64,000 nt of DNA from Candidatus Poribacteria bacterium (lineage in GTDB: Bacteria > Poribacteria > WGA-4E > WGA-3G): NCBI GenBank assembly GCA_964291315.2, contig OZ219753.1, forward strand, positions 608,001 to 672,000, written 5' to 3'. The notes beneath the pieces are model-generated. The model ran no database searches. It saw only the letters and a program-made list of their open reading frames with translations, and was not told the origin of the DNA. Within the stretch, counting starts at the first letter, position 1. Each line of letters begins with the position of its first letter. Position numbers and translations under genes: made by a program. Of the stretch, positions 40,009 through 48,561 are shown piece by piece.

Positions 40009-41247
40009 TTACTTCTTCACTGCGCCAAATGTGACACCCCGGAGTAAATGGTTACGCATCAAGAAGGTAAAAACAGCAACCGGCAGCAGAAAGACAAAGG
40101 TGCCAGCAGCGATTTTGCCCCAATCCATCCCTGTAACCCCGGTCGCGCTAGTAATTGAGGGCGGCGCGGTTACGGCTTTGCCGCCGACCTCGGTGAGTAC
40201 CAATGCAAAGACAAACTCGTTCCACGCCGTAATGAGACAAAATACAGCTGTTGCAGCAATGCCTGTAACAGATTGCGGTAAAATCACCTTCAGGAAAGTT
40301 TGGAACCGAGAGTAACCATCAACGAGTGCGGCATCCTCATATTCCTTTGGAATCTCATCAATGAACCCTTTCATGAGCCACACAGCGAACGAAATATTAA
40401 AGGTAGTATAGAGTAAAATCAACCCAAAGTGTGTGTCTCGTAGTCCGAGCGCGCTATACATTAGATAGATTGGAATGACAACGACCACAGGCGGGAGCAT
40501 TCGTGTACTGAGGATAAAAAAGAGCAGATCGTCTTTTCCAGCGACATTGAATCGGGAGAACGCATAAGCCGCAAGCGTTCCAAGTCCTACGGCAAGAATT
40601 GTACTGCCGCCACCGATGATAATACTATTAAGCAGTTGGTAAAAATATTTGGATCCACCACTCGCTAACGCAACGCAAACCGCTATGGTACCAAAAACGC
40701 TCGGCAGGACAAATGTAAGCCTATGTTTTTTTGAAACTTGGGTGGTAACACCTTTTGTTTTCTTGAACGGTGCCACCAAGAAATAGGCTATAACTGTACC
40801 AACAATCAAGAAAAGAAAATTGAAACGGGGGTCCGTTTGGAGACGGCTCTGCAATGGCGGTAGGCTCAGAAAACTATAAAGACAGGTGAAAATGAAAGTC
40901 CCGTTCCAAACCAAGCCGAGACTTCGGAGGGACAGGCCACCAAATGAGGTTGCCTTAACAAGAGAAAAGAGGCCGAAGAGAAGTAAACTGAAAAGCACTT
41001 CTGCTAAGAAGAGATATGTTACGCCCGGTACTCCCTCTGAAGGCATTAACTTCTGATAGTTCTCCAGGGATATACGGAAGATAAACCTCGGAAGTTTTGT
41101 GGTGATATCTGCTAACCCCTTCAGTGACGTTGCCAAGATCCAATAAATCGGAGCGATATAGATAATAACAACTACAGCAACAAATGCTAATATGAGGTAA
41201 TGGCCAAGTTTTTTTCTGTTCCGCATCGTGTTTCCAATTGAAGTCAT
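40009..41247 (-). CDS. Carbohydrate ABC transporter permease (MalG-like) with extra TM insertion
   Basis: LLNSIII, AAYAFSRF, EAA loop EIPKEYEDAALVDG, AWNEF; about 130-aa hydrophobic insert. Confidence 0.9.
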   Translation of the reverse strand: MTSIGNTMRNRKKLGHYLILAFVAVVVIIYIAPIYWILATSLKGLADITTKLPRFIFRISLENYQKLMPSEGVPGVTYLFLAEVLFSLLLFGLFSLVKATSFGGLSLRSLGLVWNGTFIFTCLYSFLSLPPLQSRLQTDPRFNFLFLIVGTVIAYFLVAPFKKTKGVTTQVSKKHRLTFVLPSVFGTIAVCVALASGGSKYFYQLLNSIIIGGGSTILAVGLGTLAAYAFSRFNVAGKDDLLFFILSTRMLPPVVVVIPIYLMYSALGLRDTHFGLILLYTTFNISFAVWLMKGFIDEIPKEYEDAALVDGYSRFQTFLKVILPQSVTGIAATAVFCLITAWNEFVFALVLTEVGGKAVTAPPSITSATGVTGMDWGKIAAGTFVFLLPVAVFTFLMRNHLLRGVTFGAVKK

Positions 41248-41326
41248 TTTGCTTTAGTTTTTTGAGGATAGGTCAGAATTTGCGGATCCCGCCCACAGAA
41301 GAACTCGCTAAAAGACCTTGTATCTC

Positions 41327-42238
41327 CTATGTCTCTCCTTTAACACGGTTAAGGTACTTTACGTAGATATTACTCAATGCAACGATAATAATGAGTAAGA
41401 TATATGCCATCGCGCAGGCTTTACCTGTGTTATAGTTGCGAAAGGCGAGTTTGTAGAGGTTCATTGACACAGTTTCCGTGGAGGTGCCAGGGCCGCCTTC
41501 TCGCGTAAGGACATAGACGATGTCGAACATTTTGAAGGCGTCCATCGTTCGGAAAAGGAGGGCGATGAGAAGAAGCGGCGCTACCAACGGTAGTGTTATC
41601 CACCGAAACTTGAACCATGCAGAGGCTCTATCGACATCAGCAGCTTCATAGAGGTATTTAGGAACTGCACTCAGCCCCGCCAAAGCGATTAGCATCATGA
41701 ACGGAGCCCACATCCACGTATCTACAATTACAACTGCTAACATTGCCACTTTCGGATTAGTCGTCCAACCGATAGGTGCCTGCAGGAACGGGGTGAGAAA
41801 AAAGTTTAGTAATCCGGAATTATCCGAGTAAAGGATAAACCGCCAGAAGAGCCCAACCACAACGGGCGATAGCATCATTGGAAGTAAGAGTAGTGTTGTG
41901 ACAAACCCTTTGTATCGAAAATCTCGGTTGAGGAGCAATGCCAATCCGAATCCAATAAAGAATTGTGCAGCGACTGCAAGTAGCACGAAGTAGGCGGTCG
42001 TTTGAAAGTACCCCCAGATATCTGGATCCTGGAGGAGACGTGTATAATTACGCACGCCGATAAATTTCGGAGCTGCAGGCATTGAGGCTTTGTAGCGGTG
42101 AAAACTCAGGTATAGGGACCAAAGCAGTGGGAAGATGTTCATCAAGACGAGCAAGATCATGGTAGGCATGATAAATGCCATCTTCAATTGGTAATCGCTC
42201 ATTCCACGCGAGGTTGTGTAGTGCGGGTTAGTTTGCAT
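41327..42238 (-). CDS. Carbohydrate ABC transporter permease (MalF-like)
   Basis: FIGVRNY, LPMMLSPVVVGLFW, LYEAADVD.AS, DAFKMFD, GGPGTSTET. Confidence 0.93.
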   Translation of the reverse strand: MQTNPHYTTSRGMSDYQLKMAFIMPTMILLVLMNIFPLLWSLYLSFHRYKASMPAAPKFIGVRNYTRLLQDPDIWGYFQTTAYFVLLAVAAQFFIGFGLALLLNRDFRYKGFVTTLLLLPMMLSPVVVGLFWRFILYSDNSGLLNFFLTPFLQAPIGWTTNPKVAMLAVVIVDTWMWAPFMMLIALAGLSAVPKYLYEAADVDRASAWFKFRWITLPLVAPLLLIALLFRTMDAFKMFDIVYVLTREGGPGTSTETVSMNLYKLAFRNYNTGKACAMAYILLIIIVALSNIYVKYLNRVKGET

Positions 42239-42336
42239 ATTCTTTACGAAGTCGGGGTAATCATCTAAAAGCGCTCTGCTGGAATGGAAGGGGAAGGGTA
42301 GAAAGAATGGGATTCAATTTTCCACCCTTGTGAGCT

Positions 42337-43656
42337 TTATTGGTCGTAGTAACCAGCCTCCTCAAAGATATATTCATGCTTTCTTGCGATAGCGTTGAGG
42401 GCCTCCTTTGCAGATTTGATTTTGGAGATGGCTTCACTCCAATTCGTCTGGCAGACCTCAAGGAGTTCCGCGTATTCCGGGACCGCCCAAAAATCGCGAA
42501 GGTACGGGAAACTCGCAGCGAAGGCTCCGTTAAATGGGGTTGCTGTCGTAAAGACCGCGGACTGCAAAACCTCTTTGTGTGGTGTGAACCCCCCGAGTGC
42601 AGCCCATTTCTCTTGGACAGGTTTCTGCATAAACCATTTCATATACTGCTTGGCAATATCCTTATTTTTAGAATAGGAAGAAACGGACATCCCTTGTCCA
42701 CCAATACTGACATAGTGCCCCTTCGGGCCAGCAGGGGCGACAAAGAAACCACTCTTGTCGTGCGAAATAGGATTTGTTTCAGCATTCACGACCCCCGGGA
42801 AAAAGGCGAAATAATTCATTGCCATAGCAACTTTGCCTGCAGTGTAAGCGTTCAAGGTCTCCGCCCAATAGTAATTCGGGGCATCAGGCGGGGCGAATTG
42901 GAGCAGGTCGGTGTAGAATTCAAGGGCTTTGACGACATCTTCTGTGTTGATATATCCCTCGACTTCGTAGGTATCTACGTTCCCATATGCACCCCCAAAA
43001 CTCCACATTACTTGTTGGAAACCCATGGTGATACCGTCGTATTCCTTGCTATACCATGTTGCGATGCCGTAGAGGTCTTGGGCTGGGCGCGTAAAGAATT
43101 CCGCAATATCACGGAGTTGGTCATAAGTTTTTGGGGGGGCGAGCGCGTAGCCATATCTTTCTTCGAACGCCCCCATCTCTTTTGGATCCTCAAACAGGTC
43201 TTTCCGGTAGACATACCCGGCAGCATCAACTTGCGCGGGCAGCGCCCAATATGTGCTGCTACCTTTTGGATATTCTGCAAATGCTGTCATCGCGGGTCCG
43301 TAGATAGAACTCACATCAATATTCTCATTAATCCAATTGGTTAGATCGATGTAATTGCCGCCTTGGGAGTTCCTACCAAGCCATTGGCTATCGCCGATGA
43401 CAATGTCGTAAAGGTCGCTTTTCCCAACAAAAGCTGTGAATACCTTATCTTGGAAATTGGGCCACGGGATTTGAATGACATCGACAGCGATCCCTGTTTC
43501 ATCTGTGAAGTCTTTTGAAAGCTCCTGCAAAAAGTTAGCAGGATCCCATTCTGCCCAGACGATGGTTAGGGAGCGGTGGTTATCCGCTCTCGGAGCACTA
43601 ACAAATGCAAGTGCAAATATTAGCGCTAACATAAGACTGATACGAACGCTTTTCAT
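42337..43656 (-). CDS. Sugar ABC transporter substrate-binding protein
   Basis: Signal peptide, DFTDETGIAVDV, YRKDLF, PPKTYDQL...AEFF, GKVAM. ATG 43656 follows GGAGGAG. Confidence 0.92.
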   Translation of the reverse strand: MKSVRISLMLALIFALAFVSAPRADNHRSLTIVWAEWDPANFLQELSKDFTDETGIAVDVIQIPWPNFQDKVFTAFVGKSDLYDIVIGDSQWLGRNSQGGNYIDLTNWINENIDVSSIYGPAMTAFAEYPKGSSTYWALPAQVDAAGYVYRKDLFEDPKEMGAFEERYGYALAPPKTYDQLRDIAEFFTRPAQDLYGIATWYSKEYDGITMGFQQVMWSFGGAYGNVDTYEVEGYINTEDVVKALEFYTDLLQFAPPDAPNYYWAETLNAYTAGKVAMAMNYFAFFPGVVNAETNPISHDKSGFFVAPAGPKGHYVSIGGQGMSVSSYSKNKDIAKQYMKWFMQKPVQEKWAALGGFTPHKEVLQSAVFTTATPFNGAFAASFPYLRDFWAVPEYAELLEVCQTNWSEAISKIKSAKEALNAIARKHEYIFEEAGYYDQ

Positions 43657-43723
43657 GTTTCTTCTCCTCCGTATAGAAATCATGGAAGTTGTTATAGGCA
43701 TCGAATTAATACCTGATATGCGA

Positions 43724-43765
43724 TTCGGTATTTCATCGCAATATTTCGGTATTTCATCGCAATAT
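43724..43765 (+). repeat. Perfect 21-bp tandem duplication upstream of the ABC operon
   Basis: TTCGGTATTTCATCGCAATAT x2 (43724-43744, 43745-43765). Confidence 0.95.
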
Positions 43766-43896
43766 TATAAATGGATCCTATAATTTTTGCAAGAAAAATT
43801 ATACTTGTGTTTGTCAACAGTAGCACTCGCCCCTATAAGAAAAACAAAACGGAATGGATGTCCCGTAAAGTTAAATATATAGGATAAAGCGGGAAC

Positions 43897-43958
43897 TTGC
43901 ACAACCTAATAGGTTAGGCTACAACAGCGTTGCACAGACTGACAGTTTATACTACAAC
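43897..43958 (+). repeat. Two tandem REP-like palindromic units (33-bp period)
   Basis: TTGCACAACCTAATAGGTTAGGCTACAAC and TTGCACAGACTGACAGTTTATACTACAAC; inner stems AACCT/AGGTT and AGACT/AGTTT. Confidence 0.7.
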
Positions 43959-43975
43959 GACGGTTATTTCGGAGG

Positions 43976-46900
43976 TTACGTGTGAGGTCCGGGTATCCGC
44001 GAGTCTAAAGACAATTGCGGCAACCTCTTAACAATCTCCACCGTTTTTAGAGTGACACTGATAACGCGCGCCACCAAATCCACAATATACCGCGGTGCCT
44101 CTGAACTATTCGGATCGTTGACCAGTCCGCTCCGATTGTGTGTCTTCACACAATACTGATCTATCACCCACTCCAACGCTGAACGAGTGCCTAACCGATA
44201 TTCAAACGCCTCGGCAGGAATGCCTTCCAACGTCAAGAAGTCGTTATATTTCAACTGTGTTTTGTCTTTGGACAGCTTCATCTTCTCCACGCACCAGTTG
44301 AGCGGCGTGTCGGGCGTTTCTCTGTATTTCAGCTCGAACTTCCGTGCGGCTTCGTAGTTGATGTGAAGGTCTGCGAGTTGTGCGCCTGCGGTAGCGAATG
44401 CCCAGAAGTCTGTCGCGAACGGGATATGTGGCAGATCGCGCTTCAGGTTTGCCTCGTATCTCTCTCGATAGTCCGGATGATGTAGGAGAGCATAGGTGTA
44501 GTGGAAGACATCCCACTTGCCAATGGTGTTGTCTGCATAGCGGGTTCGGAATTCTGCCAATGCCCAGTCGGTGATATTTTCGCGGCGGTTTGTGCCGTCT
44601 TCGTCATAGGTGTAGAAGGGTAAGCATTGGGTTGGTGATCCAAACCCGCCTGTTACTACAAGGTCAGGAATACAAGCAGTCATCAAACAAGTAAAGGGTT
44701 TTTCTAGCGTCACGTTGACACAGATCACCCGATTTTCTGCCTCTGTCTCTAGTGTCGGGAAAATAGATGGAAATAGGGATACCCTATCGCTCATAGTTCG
44801 GTCGAAGTAAAGATGTGATTTTGTAAAGGGGCGATAAAGAGAGGTCCTCAGCTTGTGATCCTCATATTTGGCAACTGTTCCTCGTTTCAATTTCGCTTTT
44901 AAATCCCGACTCCACTTGATTTTTGTATCATCATAGACCACAAAATTATCAACGGTCGCCTCTCTATTTGTTCGTTGTGTCCAACGCGCCACCTCTGCGT
45001 TGTAATTTTCTATCATCCGACTTATATTTTCAGTGAGCGCGTCTCGGTTGAAATTGTAGACCCACGCATCACGATTGGTCTTCGCACCGTTACTATAGGT
45101 TTTAAAAATCGTGGCCAATCCCGTTCCTCGTGCCGCCTTCGCTGCCTTAGTTCCCATCGGAATAAAGGTCTCAAACTCAGGTGCCAGCCCTTCGGTGAGC
45201 CACGCATGCCGCGCATCGGGTTCAATGGGCTGCCACGCAACACCGCCCACATGCTGACATTTATTTAGAAACTCAAACTTCTGATCTCTATTCCACAACT
45301 CATCCGTGCGATAGTAAAATATCCGCGGCTGCTCTGATGACCTGTCTCTGTTTTTCACGAGCAGATTGATACTCACCCCTATCCGAATGTTGAATACATT
45401 CGCATGAGAGACCTTTAATCCGCGCTGCACATTTCCGCCTAAGTCGAGAACGTAGATTGCATCGAAGTCTGTCGCAAGGTGTTTTCGCACCCCATCAAAC
45501 GCGATGCCGTCCAGAAAACTATTGTTCGTCACAAGTGCCACGATGCCCTCTGCTCCAATCCTATCAGATGCCCAGCGGATCGCTTTCACATACGGATCCG
45601 AGAGAGCGTTTTTGTTCGAGGCTTCTGAATCTTGTGAATAGGTGTCCCGAACTCGTGCGTCCATGAGCGGATACTTCCGGTTCTTGTTATTGTCGTTCTC
45701 GTCGTCCTGCCCGGCATTGTAGGGGGGATTGCCGATCACTACGAACATATCCGCAGTCTTCTGCTCCTGCACCCGCTCCGTGTTCTCACGCGTGAAGAGC
45801 TGTCCCTGCTCCTGCTCAAGCAGCTCGAACGTATCCGCCAGCACGATCCCCTCAAACGGCAGATACGTACCCGTCCGACGGAAATACTCCTGCTCAATGT
45901 TCAGGCTTGCAATGTAATACGGCAAAAGCATCACCTCGTTGCAGTGCAGCTCCTTCCGGTATTTCGCCTCTAACGCTGTTCCTTGAATATCGCGCATCAA
46001 CCGCACGATAAAGTTGCCCGTGCCGACAAACGGGTCTATGATATGCACACCGCTATCCGACAGCGAACGATCAAACTCTGTCTCTAATAGATGTTGCACA
46101 CTATTGACCATGAAATCCACGATCGGCTGCGGCGTATAGACGATGCCGTGTGTATCGGCTGTATCTTCGGAAAACCCTTGAAAGAACTTCTCATAGAACG
46201 TATTGAGAAAACTCTGCTTCTGTGAGAAATCTTTGCAGAGCAGTGCCGCCTGCTCAATGGCGGTGTAGAAACGATCTAGGGGTGCAAGAAAATCTTCCCT
46301 GCTGAAGGCTTGCCGGATCAGTTTATCCACCACGTTTTCAATCTCGCGGGCGATGATGTTCCGACGAGTGAAGGCGGAGTTATTAAACACCGTGCGGAAG
46401 ATCCGTTCGGTGAGGAGATGTTGGATCAGCATCTCCTCCACGGCATCTTGTGAGAGTTCGGGGTTAATCGTCGCGCGGCAGGTCTCATAGAAGTTGGCGA
46501 ATGCTGCTTGGAATGCCGTATCCACCGCGTGTCGCTGGTTAATGAGCTCTTTCAACTTGCCTGCGAGAGCCGGCACATGTTCTTTGAAGTCGTTGACAGC
46601 CGATTGCCAATTTTCCAATGCCGGCGGCAGATAAGCGAACAGACCTTCAAGAGCAGCGATCAGAGAGACCGGCGCAGTAATGTCTACATCGAGCACCTCT
46701 GCTCCGTTCTGATACAAAATCGCGCGCTGTGGGTTCTGGAACAGGATGTTGTCGAGCGGATACCCCGCCGCGCGTTTCTCCTCAACGGCCTTAGGGAGAT
46801 CGTCATCAATATCTTTTGCCTCCCAATAGGCGAGTGGCAGGCTGTATTCGTCCAAGATTGCGCCGTCAATCACGATGCGGTTTCCGTTGGGTGTGTGCAT

Positions 46901-47080
46901 CTGATATTGCGGGATGAGCGTCGCTTCCACCTGCTTCGCGCAGGTGTGCAGGAGTGTCTCGAATGGAGAACTCACCGCGCCTTCATGTCTGATGTCGTGC
47001 TGGTTGTATGCCTGCAGCGTGGCATAATAGTCGCGGATCGGTTTGTGGGTGGGTTTGAGTTTGAGTTGTGACATACGCAT
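43976..47080 (-). CDS. Type ISP-like restriction-modification enzyme (nuclease + N6-adenine MTase + LlaBIII-type TRD, no helicase)
   Basis: N-terminal IDG...WEAKD (PD-D/ExK), GIVYTP, IIDPFVGTG, IGNPPYN, YVKAIRWASDRI, TNRD.WVYNF, SLYRPF, YRERY..NL..DLP.IP, SALEWVIDQY. Confidence 0.88.
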   Translation of the reverse strand: MRMSQLKLKPTHKPIRDYYATLQAYNQHDIRHEGAVSSPFETLLHTCAKQVEATLIPQYQMHTPNGNRIVIDGAILDEYSLPLAYWEAKDIDDDLPKAVEEKRAAGYPLDNILFQNPQRAILYQNGAEVLDVDITAPVSLIAALEGLFAYLPPALENWQSAVNDFKEHVPALAGKLKELINQRHAVDTAFQAAFANFYETCRATINPELSQDAVEEMLIQHLLTERIFRTVFNNSAFTRRNIIAREIENVVDKLIRQAFSREDFLAPLDRFYTAIEQAALLCKDFSQKQSFLNTFYEKFFQGFSEDTADTHGIVYTPQPIVDFMVNSVQHLLETEFDRSLSDSGVHIIDPFVGTGNFIVRLMRDIQGTALEAKYRKELHCNEVMLLPYYIASLNIEQEYFRRTGTYLPFEGIVLADTFELLEQEQGQLFTRENTERVQEQKTADMFVVIGNPPYNAGQDDENDNNKNRKYPLMDARVRDTYSQDSEASNKNALSDPYVKAIRWASDRIGAEGIVALVTNNSFLDGIAFDGVRKHLATDFDAIYVLDLGGNVQRGLKVSHANVFNIRIGVSINLLVKNRDRSSEQPRIFYYRTDELWNRDQKFEFLNKCQHVGGVAWQPIEPDARHAWLTEGLAPEFETFIPMGTKAAKAARGTGLATIFKTYSNGAKTNRDAWVYNFNRDALTENISRMIENYNAEVARWTQRTNREATVDNFVVYDDTKIKWSRDLKAKLKRGTVAKYEDHKLRTSLYRPFTKSHLYFDRTMSDRVSLFPSIFPTLETEAENRVICVNVTLEKPFTCLMTACIPDLVVTGGFGSPTQCLPFYTYDEDGTNRRENITDWALAEFRTRYADNTIGKWDVFHYTYALLHHPDYRERYEANLKRDLPHIPFATDFWAFATAGAQLADLHINYEAARKFELKYRETPDTPLNWCVEKMKLSKDKTQLKYNDFLTLEGIPAEAFEYRLGTRSALEWVIDQYCVKTHNRSGLVNDPNSSEAPRYIVDLVARVISVTLKTVEIVKRLPQLSLDSRIPGPHT

Positions 47081-47267
47081 ATAATAGCAGAACTCCGAAT
47101 AGAAGACAAGAGAAAAATCTCTGCTGTTAGGATCATTTTAGATCTGATAGGCATTTTTTTTCAACTCAGCTCTCCGTTCTCATAATACTTCATCCGCAAT
47201 GTCAGGCGCGCCCTTTATCAATTTTGATTATTCCCACCATGCCCGGTGAACAGATGTCTTTTTTAAG

Positions 47268-47295
47268 TTGACAAATTGATCTTTTTATTTACAAT
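47268..47295 (+). promoter_or_regulatory. Sigma70-type promoter upstream of the MITE and LamG gene
   Basis: TTGACA-16 nt-TACAAT. Confidence 0.5.
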
Positions 47296-47305
47296 TAACT
47301 ATAGT

Positions 47306-47452
47306 TAACGCGAGTTTGATAAATATATGGTGGTTCATTTTTGAATAAAGAGAGACCTGTTGGGATAAGGAATCTCAACCTTTTCATTTCTTTCACCTAA
47401 CGGAGTTACCGATGCTTTTTGGAACCCTTAAATCTTTTTCAAACTCACGTTA
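47306..47452. mobile_element. 147-bp MITE with terminal inverted repeats (IS982-like ends)
   Basis: Left TAACGCGAGTTTGA, right TCAAACTCACGTTA (13/14 match, imperfectly extending to GGTTC/GAACC). TATAGT occurs on both flanks; no transposase. Confidence 0.75.
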
Positions 47453-47550
47453 TAGTATAGTTAGAGTATTTGCTCTATCTATTTGATTTTAATAGTAGCT
47501 AGCGAATGATTTGTTGGCTTTCGCGGAGATAATGAAGGAGACAATAAAAG

Positions 47551-48348
47551 ATGAAAACAACGGTAATTTCAAGGTTAAAACGAGTATGTGTCAGTTCAAT
47601 AGTTATGAGTCTCATACTGGGAGGTATCAGCTCTGCTGAAATTGACTTTGGGAATTGTGTCGCGATGTGGCTCTTCGACGAAGGGCGCGGTGACACCGCA
47701 GAGGATTCCTCCGGGATGGGCAATAACGCTACAATTGAGGGGGGAGCAAATTGGGTTGATGGTAAATTTGGTAAGGCAGTGAGTCTTGATGGTTCGGATG
47801 ATTATGTGGAAGTTGCTCACGATGATTCTTTAAACGTTGGTGCTGAACACACCATTGCCCTTTGGTTTAAATTAGATGCCCCGCCCGCGGAGGGCATGGC
47901 AGTTGTAGCTAAGGACGACTGGGCTCCTGGATTCTGGTGGGATAGTGGAAATATCCGACACCACACCCACGATCCAGCCGGAACGCTTCACTTTATAGAT
48001 GCCCCGTGGGACCCTGATACCGATTGGCATCATATCGCCGTTACTTGGGATGGGGAAGAGTTTGGCGTATATCTAGACGCTGACGAACTCGCTTCTGGGG
48101 TAACCACACCTAACTTAGGAAGAAATCCGTTAAGCGACAAGCCGCTGGTAATCGGAATTTATTTACCCACCGGACAGCATGGGCAATGGGGCCAGTTTTT
48201 CTCCGGAATAATTGACGATTTCGTCATTTTCAGCGAGGCCTTGGACGAGGCTGATATCAACACCCTTATGACCCAAGGATTAAAAGGAGCAGCTGACATT
48301 GAACCTTTGAATAAGCTCGCAACGACTTGGGCTTCTATTAAAGGTTGA
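47551..48348 (+). CDS. Secreted LamG-like jellyroll protein with conserved C-terminal tail
   Basis: VAMWLFDEGRG..AEDSSG, WVDGKFGKAVSLDG, WHHIAVTWDG, FSGIIDDFVIF; ends DIEPLNKLATTWASIKG. Confidence 0.92.
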   Translation: MKTTVISRLKRVCVSSIVMSLILGGISSAEIDFGNCVAMWLFDEGRGDTAEDSSGMGNNATIEGGANWVDGKFGKAVSLDGSDDYVEVAHDDSLNVGAEHTIALWFKLDAPPAEGMAVVAKDDWAPGFWWDSGNIRHHTHDPAGTLHFIDAPWDPDTDWHHIAVTWDGEEFGVYLDADELASGVTTPNLGRNPLSDKPLVIGIYLPTGQHGQWGQFFSGIIDDFVIFSEALDEADINTLMTQGLKGAADIEPLNKLATTWASIKG

Positions 48349-48561
48349 TTAACCTACTCCGTAACCCGCGAATTAAGTTGATCAATGATTTTCCGATGTT
48401 TGCGGGCGAGATTGTGTCTTGCCTGCACTCGGATAAGCACCCCGGCACAACCGAGTCAAGGTCGGTTTTGCATCGAAGGTTGAACCTAGATTGAAAACAT
48501 AAGCACTGATAAGCGATCACCTCCTGCAAAAAATATATCACCGAAAAATAGGGGGCCAACC

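Noticed and set aside
42340-43344. 334-aa plus-strand ORF antisense to the sugar-binding protein
   Set aside because: It mirrors the real gene codon for codon and has no recognisable motifs, so it is a shadow ORF. The same applies to the other antisense ORFs (e.g. 2415-2912, 24915-25388, 46508-47071).
47175-47225. Minus-strand LIKGAPDIADEVL* resembling the Uma2 GAPDLVVEVLS motif
   Set aside because: Only about 12 residues match. It is possibly another relic but cannot be supported without a search.
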